Numbered from the stretch's first letter, positions 38,875 through 48,141 are shown. The stretch: DNA of 64,000 nucleotides from an uncultured Chloroflexia bacterium (GCA_963768655.1 CAVYIM010000003.1:480001-544000); one strand, 5' to 3'. A program made the numbers and translations. The notes: a model not told the origin generated them from the sequence alone.

Positions 38875-40336
38875 AGGGCAGTCCTCCCTCAGGCGGTGGA
38901 GTCCAGGCATACCCTCCACCGGGTAGCCGGTGCGTTTCGAGGCGGCGACGAACGATCGGGAACTCCCAGTCGTCTTCGGTCGTGGCGGCGCCGCAGGTGG
39001 GGCAGATGCGCGGCACGCGGTATTGCTCGAAGCCGAGGTCTCGCAGGACCAGCTCGTCGGCACGCGGCGGTTCTTGCTCTTCGACCTGGACGCGGTAGAG
39101 CGAGCCGAAGCCGGAGACGAGCTTCTGGCGGCGGGTGGCCCAGACGTACTCCCCGATCCGCTCGGGGTCGAGTGAGTCGACGATCCCGTGGGGCTTGCCC
39201 ACGTACTTGAGGACCTCTCGGATCGCACCCTGGCGCGCGGCCGGATCGTCGCGGCTGACGGCCTCCACCCAGACCGACCAGGAGCCCTCGCAGCGCGAGC
39301 TACGGCCATGGCGGCAGTGCTCCCGCTTGCAGGTGATGGTCTGCCAGGTGTCGCGCATCTCGCCCCAGTCGATCCAGGGCGAGTCCATGAGGGTGTGGAG
39401 GTGGGGATGCCAGGTCATCGTGTCTTCGGCGAAGGTGAGATCGCAGGCGACGGCGCCTCCGGCGACCCGCTCGTGGCGATAGGTCTCGCAGTTGCGGTCG
39501 CGGCGGTGGCCCGCATGGACGCATTGCCGCGGGCAGCCTTGGGCGTGGACTTCGCTTGGCGGGTGCACCGGGCAGCGGCTCCGCTGTCGGCCGGTCCGGG
39601 TGGGGCAGCCGGGTTCGCAGCCGGCGGCATGCGCCTCACCCCCGCGGGCGCTGCAGCCCTCGACGCAACGAGGCAGCCGGCAGTCCGGCGCCGCTACCGG
39701 AAGATGGCAAGGATGACCGGGCGCGCCGTCGGGTTCGCCATCGGGTCCGAGGGCGGGCCAGCGCCAGCGGCACGCTCCGCCCGCGATGATGGCCCGGCGA
39801 CGGAGCCTACCGAAGTCGCTCCTCAGCCGCCGAATGCCGGCCTCCAGCTCACCCTGCGCGACGTTGCGAATGGTGAACGTCCAGAAGGCCGGCCGCGCCA
39901 TCTTCTGGGCGAGAGCGTCGTATCGCTCCAGAAGACGGGCCACTCGGGCTCGTTCGCAGTCGGGACAACCCCGGACGTGGCAGGAGAAGGGCGTAGCGAC
40001 GCCAGACCCGCAGCCCTGATGGACGAGAACCCGGACCTGGGTGCAGTCGCGCAGGGCTCCGGCCCGCTCGTCGAACCAGAAGGCGCGCTCCACCTCGCGC
40101 TCCTCGTGAGCGCGACGGCCGCACTCGGAAAGAACATCCGCGAGGTCGAGCTTCGACGCCTCGCGTTGCGCCGGATCGCGGAAGAGCTTGGAGAGTGGGT
40201 CCGCTTGTCCTCTTTGGCGCCTTCTGCGGGCCGATTTCGTGCTGCCACTGTTGGCTTGGTGCCATGTATGGACAGAAGTGGGATGCGCGCGCCGGGCGGG
40301 GACGGGAGCAGTTGCGAGCGCCACCAGACCGTTCAC
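38864..40336 (-). CDS. HUH rolling-circle replication protein (Rep_1-like) with Cys/His-rich insertion
   Basis: CHVRGCPDC, motif I FWTFT, motif II WHPHLHTLM, motif III EVLKYVGK, C-terminal CPTCG. Confidence 0.88.
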   Translation of the reverse strand: MNGLVALATAPVPARRAHPTSVHTWHQANSGSTKSARRRRQRGQADPLSKLFRDPAQREASKLDLADVLSECGRRAHEEREVERAFWFDERAGALRDCTQVRVLVHQGCGSGVATPFSCHVRGCPDCERARVARLLERYDALAQKMARPAFWTFTIRNVAQGELEAGIRRLRSDFGRLRRRAIIAGGACRWRWPALGPDGEPDGAPGHPCHLPVAAPDCRLPRCVEGCSARGGEAHAAGCEPGCPTRTGRQRSRCPVHPPSEVHAQGCPRQCVHAGHRRDRNCETYRHERVAGGAVACDLTFAEDTMTWHPHLHTLMDSPWIDWGEMRDTWQTITCKREHCRHGRSSRCEGSWSVWVEAVSRDDPAARQGAIREVLKYVGKPHGIVDSLDPERIGEYVWATRRQKLVSGFGSLYRVQVEEQEPPRADELVLRDLGFEQYRVPRICPTCGAATTEDDWEFPIVRRRLETHRLPGGGYAWTPPPEGGLPYEH

Positions 40337-40557
40337 GGCTGTGCGCCCCGCCGTTCACACTTAGGGCGCGAAGTGGGCCGATGGCCCATCGCAGGAGTGA
40401 AAGAGGCCTGGCGTGCCTTCAGAGCGCCAGACGCGGGATGATCGGGCCTACTCGCGAGACTCAGACGCTTGCGGCACAGATCGGTGCAGGTCCGACGGTC
40501 TGCCCGGCTCCATGTCGGGAGGGGCGTGCCACAGGAGCGGCAGCGGCCCTTGTTCAT
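40333..40557 (-). CDS. Small Zn-finger protein
   Basis: CRSCG...RTCTDLCR; ATGA coupling on both sides. Confidence 0.7.
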   Translation of the reverse strand: MNKGRCRSCGTPLPTWSRADRRTCTDLCRKRLSLASRPDHPASGALKARQASFTPAMGHRPTSRPKCERRGAQP

Positions 40558-40751
40558 TGGAGGAACCTCGTCGCAAGGACCGCGCCCATGGCTTCCGCGT
40601 CAGAGCGCAACCTCGTCTCGCAGGCCCGGCAACGCGGCCGGCTGCACTTCGCTCGGGATTTCCAGGCATGGCCGCAGCGGGCGCAGACACGCCACGGCCG
40701 GAGCGTCACCTGGACCGTCAGAACCGCTGTTTCGTCTCGCACGCTTGTCAT
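40554..40751 (-). CDS. Small Zn-ribbon protein
   Basis: CARCGHAW...PRCRAC; GAGAGGG RBS. Confidence 0.65.
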   Translation of the reverse strand: MTSVRDETAVLTVQVTLRPWRVCARCGHAWKSRAKCSRPRCRACETRLRSDAEAMGAVLATRFLQ

Positions 40752-40837
40752 CTCGACCCTCTCGTTCGTCGGGCGCAGAGGGTTTCTTACAGCGACAATT
40801 GACGTCGAGGCAAACCAGCCGGCCTCGCGGCCGAGCA

Positions 40838-41941
40838 ATGCTCATGCGTGGAACGCGAGAATTGAGCGTGGAAAGTCACGAGGAATTGAGGGCCCGCGGA
40901 AAGGCCTTTCGGCGCGAGCTGGCGGCCTGGCTCATGGCCGATCCGGAAGACAAACCGGACGGGCGGCCCGCCCTGTCGTCCATTCGTCTCACGCGCAGCT
41001 CCCTCTCCGGCGGCGAGGCGTGGGTCGGCAATGCAGCCGTCTCCCTCGATCCCAAGGTCCTGTCGGCACTCGCGTCGGATCGCGACTCGCCCTTCTACGA
41101 CTCGCTCTTCGGGACCGTCCTGCGCGCCTCCGAGCGGGCTATCGATCCGTCGCGCTGGTCCGAGCGAACGGAGCCTCTCATCGTTCGGTATGGACGGGTT
41201 CGGGTCGGGCTCTTCGATTGGACGACCGATCGCGACGCCTTCATCGAGGCGCTACTGGGTCGGCCGGTTCCGTCGACGCCGAGATACGAGCAGCGGGGAC
41301 CGATCCTGCCTGTGATGTCGAGGAGCGACTTCGACTCCGTCCGCGAGCTGCTCGGGGCACGGATGGAGGACAAGATCGCCCTTCTCCACGTAACCGGAGC
41401 CAGGATCGCAAACGGGCTCGACCCTCTCGTGAAGCTGGCAGCGGCCACCTCGTGTTGCGATCCGGTTCGAGCTGCCGTCGGGTATGCGCTGCTGCGCATC
41501 GACCCCCAGGGTTTCGCAGCATCACCATCGGGTCGGATGACGCTGCGGGCCATGGGGGCGGCACCGCGGGGGCGCACGCCTCGGCTAGACATGGAGCTTG
41601 CCGGCGTCTTCGACATCGACCTTGCCGGCTATCTCGGGCTGGTCTTCTGGAGCGGCGCGAAGCAGCTGCGCTCATACCGGGCCACCATGGCGGCGCATCT
41701 GCGGTATCTGTTCGACTACGAGGTCGCGCCACAATGCCGCTGGCCCGACGAGCGCACGCGGCGCGAGGCGCTGATGGTCTGGTTCATGGATCGGTTGGCC
41801 CGCTTGGCGGAGCCTGGTCAGCGCGTTACCAGATCGAAGATCGCCCGGGCCTTGCGCCGGGAGCACCCAGGCGACTACGAAGGCGAAAACGAGGCTGTGA
41901 CTGTCCGTAGGGTGTACCGAGTTTCGGCAAAGCTTACGTAA
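40838..41941 (+). CDS. Hypothetical protein, possible C-terminal HTH
   Basis: Long ORF with globular composition, divergent from the rep operon; start at 40838 or 40868. Confidence 0.65.
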   Translation: MLMRGTRELSVESHEELRARGKAFRRELAAWLMADPEDKPDGRPALSSIRLTRSSLSGGEAWVGNAAVSLDPKVLSALASDRDSPFYDSLFGTVLRASERAIDPSRWSERTEPLIVRYGRVRVGLFDWTTDRDAFIEALLGRPVPSTPRYEQRGPILPVMSRSDFDSVRELLGARMEDKIALLHVTGARIANGLDPLVKLAAATSCCDPVRAAVGYALLRIDPQGFAASPSGRMTLRAMGAAPRGRTPRLDMELAGVFDIDLAGYLGLVFWSGAKQLRSYRATMAAHLRYLFDYEVAPQCRWPDERTRREALMVWFMDRLARLAEPGQRVTRSKIARALRREHPGDYEGENEAVTVRRVYRVSAKLT

Positions 41942-42385
41942 GAGCGACCCAAGTCGAACAATTCAGGCGACCAGCAGACCATGGCTGGGAGGCGAGCTAC
42001 TTCGCGAAGACGCGTCCGCCCGGTCGCGGCCCGCCGAGGGCCGGCAGGAGGCAACCCGTGTGTCGTCCGCCAGATCGTCGCTTCCGACCGAATTCTAGGA
42101 GGCGCGCCGCACCAATTCGCAGCAACCGCCCGCAGGGGTGCGGGAACTAGCCACCCTGGGGGCGTGCATCTGAATCCCGGCGAGCCAGAACTGGGCGACG
42201 TGCCTCTTGTCGGTGACGACGACGTGGCCCTCGCCTGTAGAGACTTGCTGGTAGTCCACCTGAACGACCGCCTAGCAGAGGCCTGGCAGTCGACAACATC
42301 GGCGAGTCCGCGGAAGCCACGTTCCCCGTTCCTGCCAACAATCTGGCGTTCGTTTTGCACAACATGTTGGGAGGGAGTTGCGCTG

Positions 42386-42868
42386 GTGAACACAGACGCG
42401 TTCGACGACCGATATGAGGAGCTGCTCGCGGACTTGCGTCGCGTGTGCCGGGCGGTCGGTGCCGGGGACGAAGCGGAGGACGTGGCTCAGGAGACGCTCT
42501 GGTATGCCAGGGCCCGGCTAAGCGAGCTCCGTGATGACTCGAGACTGGTGCCTTGGCTAAGGAAGATCGCAGTGCGCCACGCCTGGCGGGCTCATGGGAG
42601 GCCCGTCGAAGACCTCCATAGCGTCCTCATCGCGGCACCGACGATCCCCGTCGAGCTTGCCATCGACGAGCGTCGCGCATTGGTTGCCCTCCCACGACGT
42701 GAGCGGGAGGTCGTGATGCTGGTGTACATCGCTGGCTTTCGAGAGGAAGAGGTGGCATCGATGCTCGGCGTGTCAAGAGGAACGGTGGCGAAGACTCTCT
42801 GGAGAGCCCGATGCAGCCTCTCTCGATCACTATCGGACTACTCAAGGAGCGGAATGCCATGTGGTTGA
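42386..42868 (+). CDS. ECF sigma factor, paralogue of 6804-7310
   Basis: DLRRVCRAVGAG..AEDVAQET..LRDDSRLVPWLRKIA; GGAGGG RBS. Confidence 0.9.
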   Translation: MNTDAFDDRYEELLADLRRVCRAVGAGDEAEDVAQETLWYARARLSELRDDSRLVPWLRKIAVRHAWRAHGRPVEDLHSVLIAAPTIPVELAIDERRALVALPRREREVVMLVYIAGFREEEVASMLGVSRGTVAKTLWRARCSLSRSLSDYSRSGMPCG

Positions 42869-44262
42869 AAGCCCGCGGCCATCTCGATGACGAATGCATC
42901 TCCAGGTTTGTAGACCATGTGCGGGAGCTCAATTCACGCCAGCGTAGCCACCTCGACAAGTGCGACGCATGTCGCGCCAGGGTCGAAGGACACAGGCGGG
43001 CGCGCGACATGCTGCTCCGATTGAACGAAACAGTGCCTCTGCCGACATCCGGCCGCAGGAGTGGCCTTCGTGAGGCTGGAGCTCATCCGCTTCTGGTGGC
43101 CGGTGCCGCCGTGATCGTGATGGTCCTAGTCGTAAAGGTTGTCGTGGCTGGCCGTGGCGGCTACGTTAGCGCTGACTTGGGTGCGGCCACAGCCAAATCC
43201 ACCACGCCGTCGCCATCCTCGTCCGCCTCGCCATCCTCGTCCGCCTCGCCGTCCCCTTACTACAGCGGCGACTGGATTAGGCTTGGATCATCTGAGGTCA
43301 TGGGCGTGGTATGGTCGCCTGACGGTTCGCATCTGTTGGTCTGGTCCGAGCCCTATGCTGGGCAGACGCGCCACTTCCAGTTGCTCGATGCCAACGGTAG
43401 CGTGGTGAGGTCATTCGACGCGGAGGCTGCCGCTTGGATGGATTCGAGCACGTACGTCGTCCAAGAGTCAAGCACATCGCTCTTCGAAGGTCTCGGCAAC
43501 AACCAGGAGGCTAATGCGGGGGTATCGCTGGGCTCGGGATTGCTCAGCAACGGCCATGGAGCCGTCGCGTACATAGCGAACGATGGACAGGCGGTCTCGG
43601 ATCGACCCGGGCTTTCGGATCGGTTCGCCGTTCTCACCCGCAACGGCGCGACGCAGCCGATGCCAGGACGTCCAGCGGCGTGGTCGGAGGATGGCAGCGA
43701 GCTTGCTGTCTGGCACTACACCAGTGGATCTGGAGGAGTGGGAGGGCAGCCCTCAGGGTCGATGTCGGTGCTCGAATGGCCGGGATTGAGACAACTCGCA
43801 CAGTGGCCGGACATTGCCGTGGGCTCGACTCCCGTTCGCTTTGATCCAACCGGACGATACCTTGAGGTTGCCGGGTCGGCGTTTAGCATCCTGGACATCG
43901 CGACGGGTCGCGTTGTACGACCCAGTGGTGCTACTGGCCAGACGCCCGTCTGGGACGCCTCCTCTCACCTCATCGTCCCGAGACTCGATGGGACCGCGGC
44001 TACGTATGCCCTGGACGGCAGCCTCAAGGCGACGCAGGCGGCGGCAAATTCTGCAGCGGGCTCGGCGAACGGACAGACCGTGCTGTACTTCTGGTGGGAG
44101 TCACAGCGACCAATTCTCGTATCGATTGGCGCCTCTGTGCGAGATGTCGATGTGCCGGGAGTCCTCTGGACCTACCCGGAGGTGTCAGCCGACGGATCGA
44201 GGATCGCTATTCTGTGTCGTGTTTCGTCTGACTATGAAGCGTTTCTCCTCACGAGCCAGTAG
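42859..44262 (+). CDS. ZAS anti-sigma with TM and beta-propeller-like domain, paralogue of 7307-8953
   Basis: HLDKCDAC, TM, WSPDGSHLLVW, WSEDG. Confidence 0.8.
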   Translation: MWLKARGHLDDECISRFVDHVRELNSRQRSHLDKCDACRARVEGHRRARDMLLRLNETVPLPTSGRRSGLREAGAHPLLVAGAAVIVMVLVVKVVVAGRGGYVSADLGAATAKSTTPSPSSSASPSSSASPSPYYSGDWIRLGSSEVMGVVWSPDGSHLLVWSEPYAGQTRHFQLLDANGSVVRSFDAEAAAWMDSSTYVVQESSTSLFEGLGNNQEANAGVSLGSGLLSNGHGAVAYIANDGQAVSDRPGLSDRFAVLTRNGATQPMPGRPAAWSEDGSELAVWHYTSGSGGVGGQPSGSMSVLEWPGLRQLAQWPDIAVGSTPVRFDPTGRYLEVAGSAFSILDIATGRVVRPSGATGQTPVWDASSHLIVPRLDGTAATYALDGSLKATQAAANSAAGSANGQTVLYFWWESQRPILVSIGASVRDVDVPGVLWTYPEVSADGSRIAILCRVSSDYEAFLLTSQ

Positions 44263-44495
44263 ACGAGTGCAGGTTCCGCCGGTTCTGCCACCTGATTCCG
44301 TCGCGGACTGAGGTGGCCAATTCCGTGGAGTGCGCAGACGAGGGCGGTTGCGCGGCCGGGCTCGTGAATTCACGGCACAGAAATGTCAATCGAGTGGAGG
44401 TGCCACGCCTACTTCGGCAACTTCTGCATGACGGGCGCCGAGACACTGACCGACCCCGGCGCCCATCATACGATCATATGTGCCCCACACCAGTC

Positions 44496-45829
44496 TCAGT
44501 TGGCCTGGGCAGTGCTCACTTTGTATGCATGCCCACTGATGGGGTCAACATAAACGTCACCGCCACTGCCGTCCTGTCCATGCACGAACGGCGTAAAGGG
44601 CGAATTGCTGCCATCAATTGACGCCCAGACAAGGTGCCCGTCCCCATGCAGCCCGGCCGTCTGCATGATACTCCCCCGCTCAGTCGTCGAAGTCAGATCC
44701 CAGCCATCGGGAAGCGTGGAGGCTCCTGCATATGTGTAGCCGTTGGGGCCGTCGGCCACCATCGCGACTGCACGAACTTCCGCCCCCACCCGGACCTCAA
44801 CGAGCTCGTATGGCGCAACATCCGGCGAGAACGAGTCGACATGAGTAATGGCTCCGAGCGTGTAGCCTGTCAGGTCAATTCCGAGCCTGCCCTTGTCCAC
44901 TTCGTTCACGGCCAAGCCGTCGGCTACTGCGGCGGCTACTGTCGGTCGGGTTATGGCGGGCCCGAGCATCTTGCCGCTCATCGTGTCCTGAGTCACTGAC
45001 GTTGATCTGCTTGTCTGACCCGCCGTCGCTGCTGCTGCTGCCGCTCCGTTGTACTGGCTGGCCTGCCAATCGCCGTACGTCTCGCCCGGGCTGTCGCTGG
45101 GGACGGCATTCGCATACATCTGAAGAACGGTTACGTAGTAACTCGTCCAGAAGGGCCCCGCACCACCATAGCCACTCATGTTCGGACTCAGCCAGGAGCT
45201 CGTGTTCCAGGTCGAGATGGGAACGTTCGAATGCGCGTTCGTGTATGGATCGAACACGTAGAAACTGCTGATTGAGTCGGTGCCGTCAGAAAACGGGTCT
45301 CGAGTCGTGACGTAACCAGTGGTCAGGATCGCGTGACGTCCGGAATTGACGATAGCGCCATCAGGTCGCCCGGTTCCCCTAATGCCGTAGACCAGTTCCC
45401 AGTCTGCCGTGAAGGCACTGCTGTACCGGTAGTCGTTGAAGAACCAATTGCCAGGTGTATGCCAGTAAAGTGCCCAGCCTCGCCACGCGGATCGTGACCA
45501 TAGGTGCCGCTACCATCAGAGCACGGGCCGCTACTGTGCGCCTTCCAGTTGTACTTGTCCCCTTGGGAACTGTTGTCGACGGTGCTGGTTATCTGCGCGC
45601 TTAGCGACGATTGACTGGGATGAGTGGCACCGGGCACGTAATTCAGCCATGACAGGCTCGAAGCCACGACGCACCAACACGCCGTTTGCTGGTGGACGTC
45701 ATACCCGGACTGCCAGGAGTCTTGAGTGTACGCAGCAGCTCCCGCTGGCGAGAGGCCGGCCATCAAGAACGCCAGGGCGGTCGCGGCGAACGCGCGATTC
45801 CGCTGGCTCGGCCCTGCAAAGTGCACCAT
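44496..45829 (-). pseudogene. Secreted papain-like (C39-like) peptidase with a 1-nt deletion near 45477
   Basis: Signal peptide, QQTACWCVVAS; after frame correction WALYW...GRHAILTTGY...YVFDP joins ORF 44496-45257. Confidence 0.72.
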
Positions 45830-46432
45830 AGGAAGTCCTCCCCGCACAGACACGCTCTGTCGACGGATGTCTGCGCCTACCTCTGGGCGATCATGTCCAC
45901 GCGCCCTCTGCACGTGGTGCTCGCCCAGAGGAAGCGTATCACCCGCTCTGTTCTCGGGGAAAGCTCCGGCGTGTGACGGGCAGGCCGTCGCTACGACAGC
46001 CGCTTTGTCGGCTGCAATATCCAAGGCTGGACAGCAAGGATGGGGACGGCGACCGCGGATCGGAGTGACGTTCGACCTCAGCGGTCAGCAACACCCAACA
46101 TGGCGAGGATCCAGAAAGAGCACCGACACGGCCAAGATCCAGACTCGGTGACCCAGTCTCTGGATCATGTCAGCGTTTTGCCGCCCCCATCGACGAGCAA
46201 GTGGAGTGTAACCCCCGGGTGCGCAGTCAGGCGCCCGTCGCGCCGACCACTACGGCTACGGTCGGGCGGTGCGCGTGGATCATCCGCCTCGCAGGGCGTC
46301 GATCATGGCAGCCGAGGATGTCGCATCTGGAACCACCCCGCGAAGATCGGCCGGCTAGCTTGTTATCTCGGCCTCAAGTCCAGTGGAGTCGACCAACTCT
46401 TCCGTCCCAAGCGTCCGGAGGCGCAGCTCGTC

Positions 46433-46520
46433 TGGCAGCTTCGTTGGCATCTTCGCCCGCGAACGGTAGCGGTCAGGAACCATCCAAATAGAACGCCGCC
46501 CACGCATAAATAGAACGCCG
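46433..46520 (+). promoter_or_regulatory. Putative arm-type and Xis-binding repeats (right)
   Basis: TGGCAGCTTCG-T-TGGCATCTTCG; AAATAGAACGCCG twice at a 22-bp period (46486, 46508). Confidence 0.65.
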
Positions 46521-46549
46521 ACGAACACCCGCGACCTCTCTGGTGCGCC

Positions 46550-46595
46550 CTTTTAATCGGCTGGTCGTGGGTCCGAATCCCACACGGCCCTCCAA
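46550..46595 (+). repeat. Right att core, duplicated 3' half of tRNA-Lys
   Basis: 46-bp identity with 30216-30261. Confidence 0.95.
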
Positions 46596-46620
46596 CATCG
46601 CGCCGTCGGCCGGCGCGATG
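46596..46620 (+). terminator. Hairpin after the right att site (likely the displaced tRNA terminator)
   Basis: CATCGCGCCG-tcggc-CGGCGCGATG. Confidence 0.6.
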
Positions 46621-46658
46621 GACTCAGTGGCGGTTCGCCGTCAGCGGGCGGCCGCGCC

Positions 46659-48101
46659 TCAGGCTACGGGCGTCGCGGAGTGGCCCGCCGGCTCGTAGCG
46701 GCGGAGAGGGTGAGTCGCACGCACGACCGACCGCAGAGCGGCGAGATCGCCGCTGATGAGACCGCGCGCCCGGGCCTGCACCAGGACGTTCCCGAGCGCC
46801 GTGGCCTCGACCGGGCCGGCGATGACGGGCAGGCCGCAGGCCTCCGCCGTGAGCCGGCACAGCAGCTCATTGCGGCTGCCGCCGCCGACGACGTGGACGA
46901 CGTCGATGTCCACCCCAGAAAGCCGGCGGGCGTCGGCGATCGCACGAGCGAACGCCGACGCCAGGCTGTCGAGGATGCAGCGCACGAACGCCGGCCGTGA
47001 GGATGGGACCGGTTGATCAGTTGTCCGGCAGTGGGCGGCGATCCGGGCCGGCATGTCGCCCGGCGGCAGCAAGTCCGCCTCGTCGGGGTCGATTAGGCTG
47101 CCGCCCGGAGGCAGATCGGCGGCCGCGGCGAGCAGTTCGGTGAGATCCATGCGCCCGCCTTCGCGTTCCCAGACACGCATCAATTCCTGGAGCAGCCAGA
47201 GCCCCATCACGTTGCGCAGGTACCGGGTCCGGCCGTCGACGCCCAGCTCGTTGGTGAAGTTCGCCTTCTGGCTTGCCACGCCCAGAACGGGTGCGCCGAG
47301 CTCGACGCCGACCAGCGCCCAGGTTCCGCACGAGATGTACGCGAACCGCTCGTCGGCCGCAGGCACGCCGACAACCGCGGAAGCGGTGTCGTGGGATCCG
47401 ACCGCGGCCAGGACCGCGTCGCGCGAAAGCCCGGTGTCGGCCATCACTTCCGGCCGAATGGGGCCGAGCGCGTCGCCGGCCTGGACGAGCTCCGGCAGGA
47501 TCGATGGGGGCAGGCCGAGCTCGCGGACCAGGTCCAGCGCCCAGGACCCGGCTACGGGATCGAACAGGCCCGTCGTCGACGCGTTGGTCGCCTCGACGTG
47601 GATGCCTCCGGCGAGCCAGTATCCGATGAGGTCCGGGATCATGAGCAGGACGCCGGCCGCTTCGAGCTCCGCGGTTCCGAGCGCCGCGGCGAGCTGGTAG
47701 ACGGTGTTGATCGGCAGGAACTGGGTGCCGGTCTTCGCGTAGAGGCGATCCTGAGGCACCGCGGCGTGGACCCGCTCCACTCCGAGGGCAGTCCGAGCGT
47801 CGCGGTAGTGGTGTGGATTGCCCAGGAGCCGTCCCGCAGGATCAAGCAACCCGTAGTCCACGCCCCAGCCGTCGACTCCGACACTCGCGATCGAGGGTGT
47901 CGCCCGGGCGGCGCGGCGCAGTCCTTCGATGATGTCGTGATACAGCCGCAACACGTCCCAGTGCAGGCCGTCGGGCAGCATGACGGGATCGTTGGCGAAC
48001 CGGTAGGTCTCCTCGAGCTCGAGGGTGTGCGGGCCGACGTGGCCGACCATCACGCGCCCGGACGAGGCGCCGAGATCGACGGCCGCGACGGTATCGGTCA
48101 C
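46659..48101 (-). CDS. rhaB: Rhamnulokinase
   Basis: AVDLGASSGRV, WGVDYGL, GSHDTASA, GTWALVGVE, GPVEATALGN. Confidence 0.92.
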   Translation of the reverse strand: MTDTVAAVDLGASSGRVMVGHVGPHTLELEETYRFANDPVMLPDGLHWDVLRLYHDIIEGLRRAARATPSIASVGVDGWGVDYGLLDPAGRLLGNPHHYRDARTALGVERVHAAVPQDRLYAKTGTQFLPINTVYQLAAALGTAELEAAGVLLMIPDLIGYWLAGGIHVEATNASTTGLFDPVAGSWALDLVRELGLPPSILPELVQAGDALGPIRPEVMADTGLSRDAVLAAVGSHDTASAVVGVPAADERFAYISCGTWALVGVELGAPVLGVASQKANFTNELGVDGRTRYLRNVMGLWLLQELMRVWEREGGRMDLTELLAAAADLPPGGSLIDPDEADLLPPGDMPARIAAHCRTTDQPVPSSRPAFVRCILDSLASAFARAIADARRLSGVDIDVVHVVGGGSRNELLCRLTAEACGLPVIAGPVEATALGNVLVQARARGLISGDLAALRSVVRATHPLRRYEPAGHSATPVA

Positions 48102-48141
48102 TTCACGAGACCCGCCGCGACCAGGCGCGGCGTCTCGATTC

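Larger units (their letters stand above)
30216..46595. mobile_element. Genomic island (~16.3 kb) integrated in tRNA-Lys
   Basis: Identical 46-bp direct repeats at both ends; adjacent tyrosine integrase. Confidence 0.95.

Noticed and set aside
41945-42320. Right boundary of the nested serine-recombinase element
   Set aside because: I found no copy of the att-like core or remainder of the metzincin gene by eye, so the boundary is left undefined.
46550-46595. Second tRNA-Lys gene
   Set aside because: Only the 3' half is present; it is the att duplication.
30216-46595. Prophage or self-conjugative ICE
   Set aside because: No capsid, terminase, Zot-like ATPase, VirB4 or TraB is recognisable.
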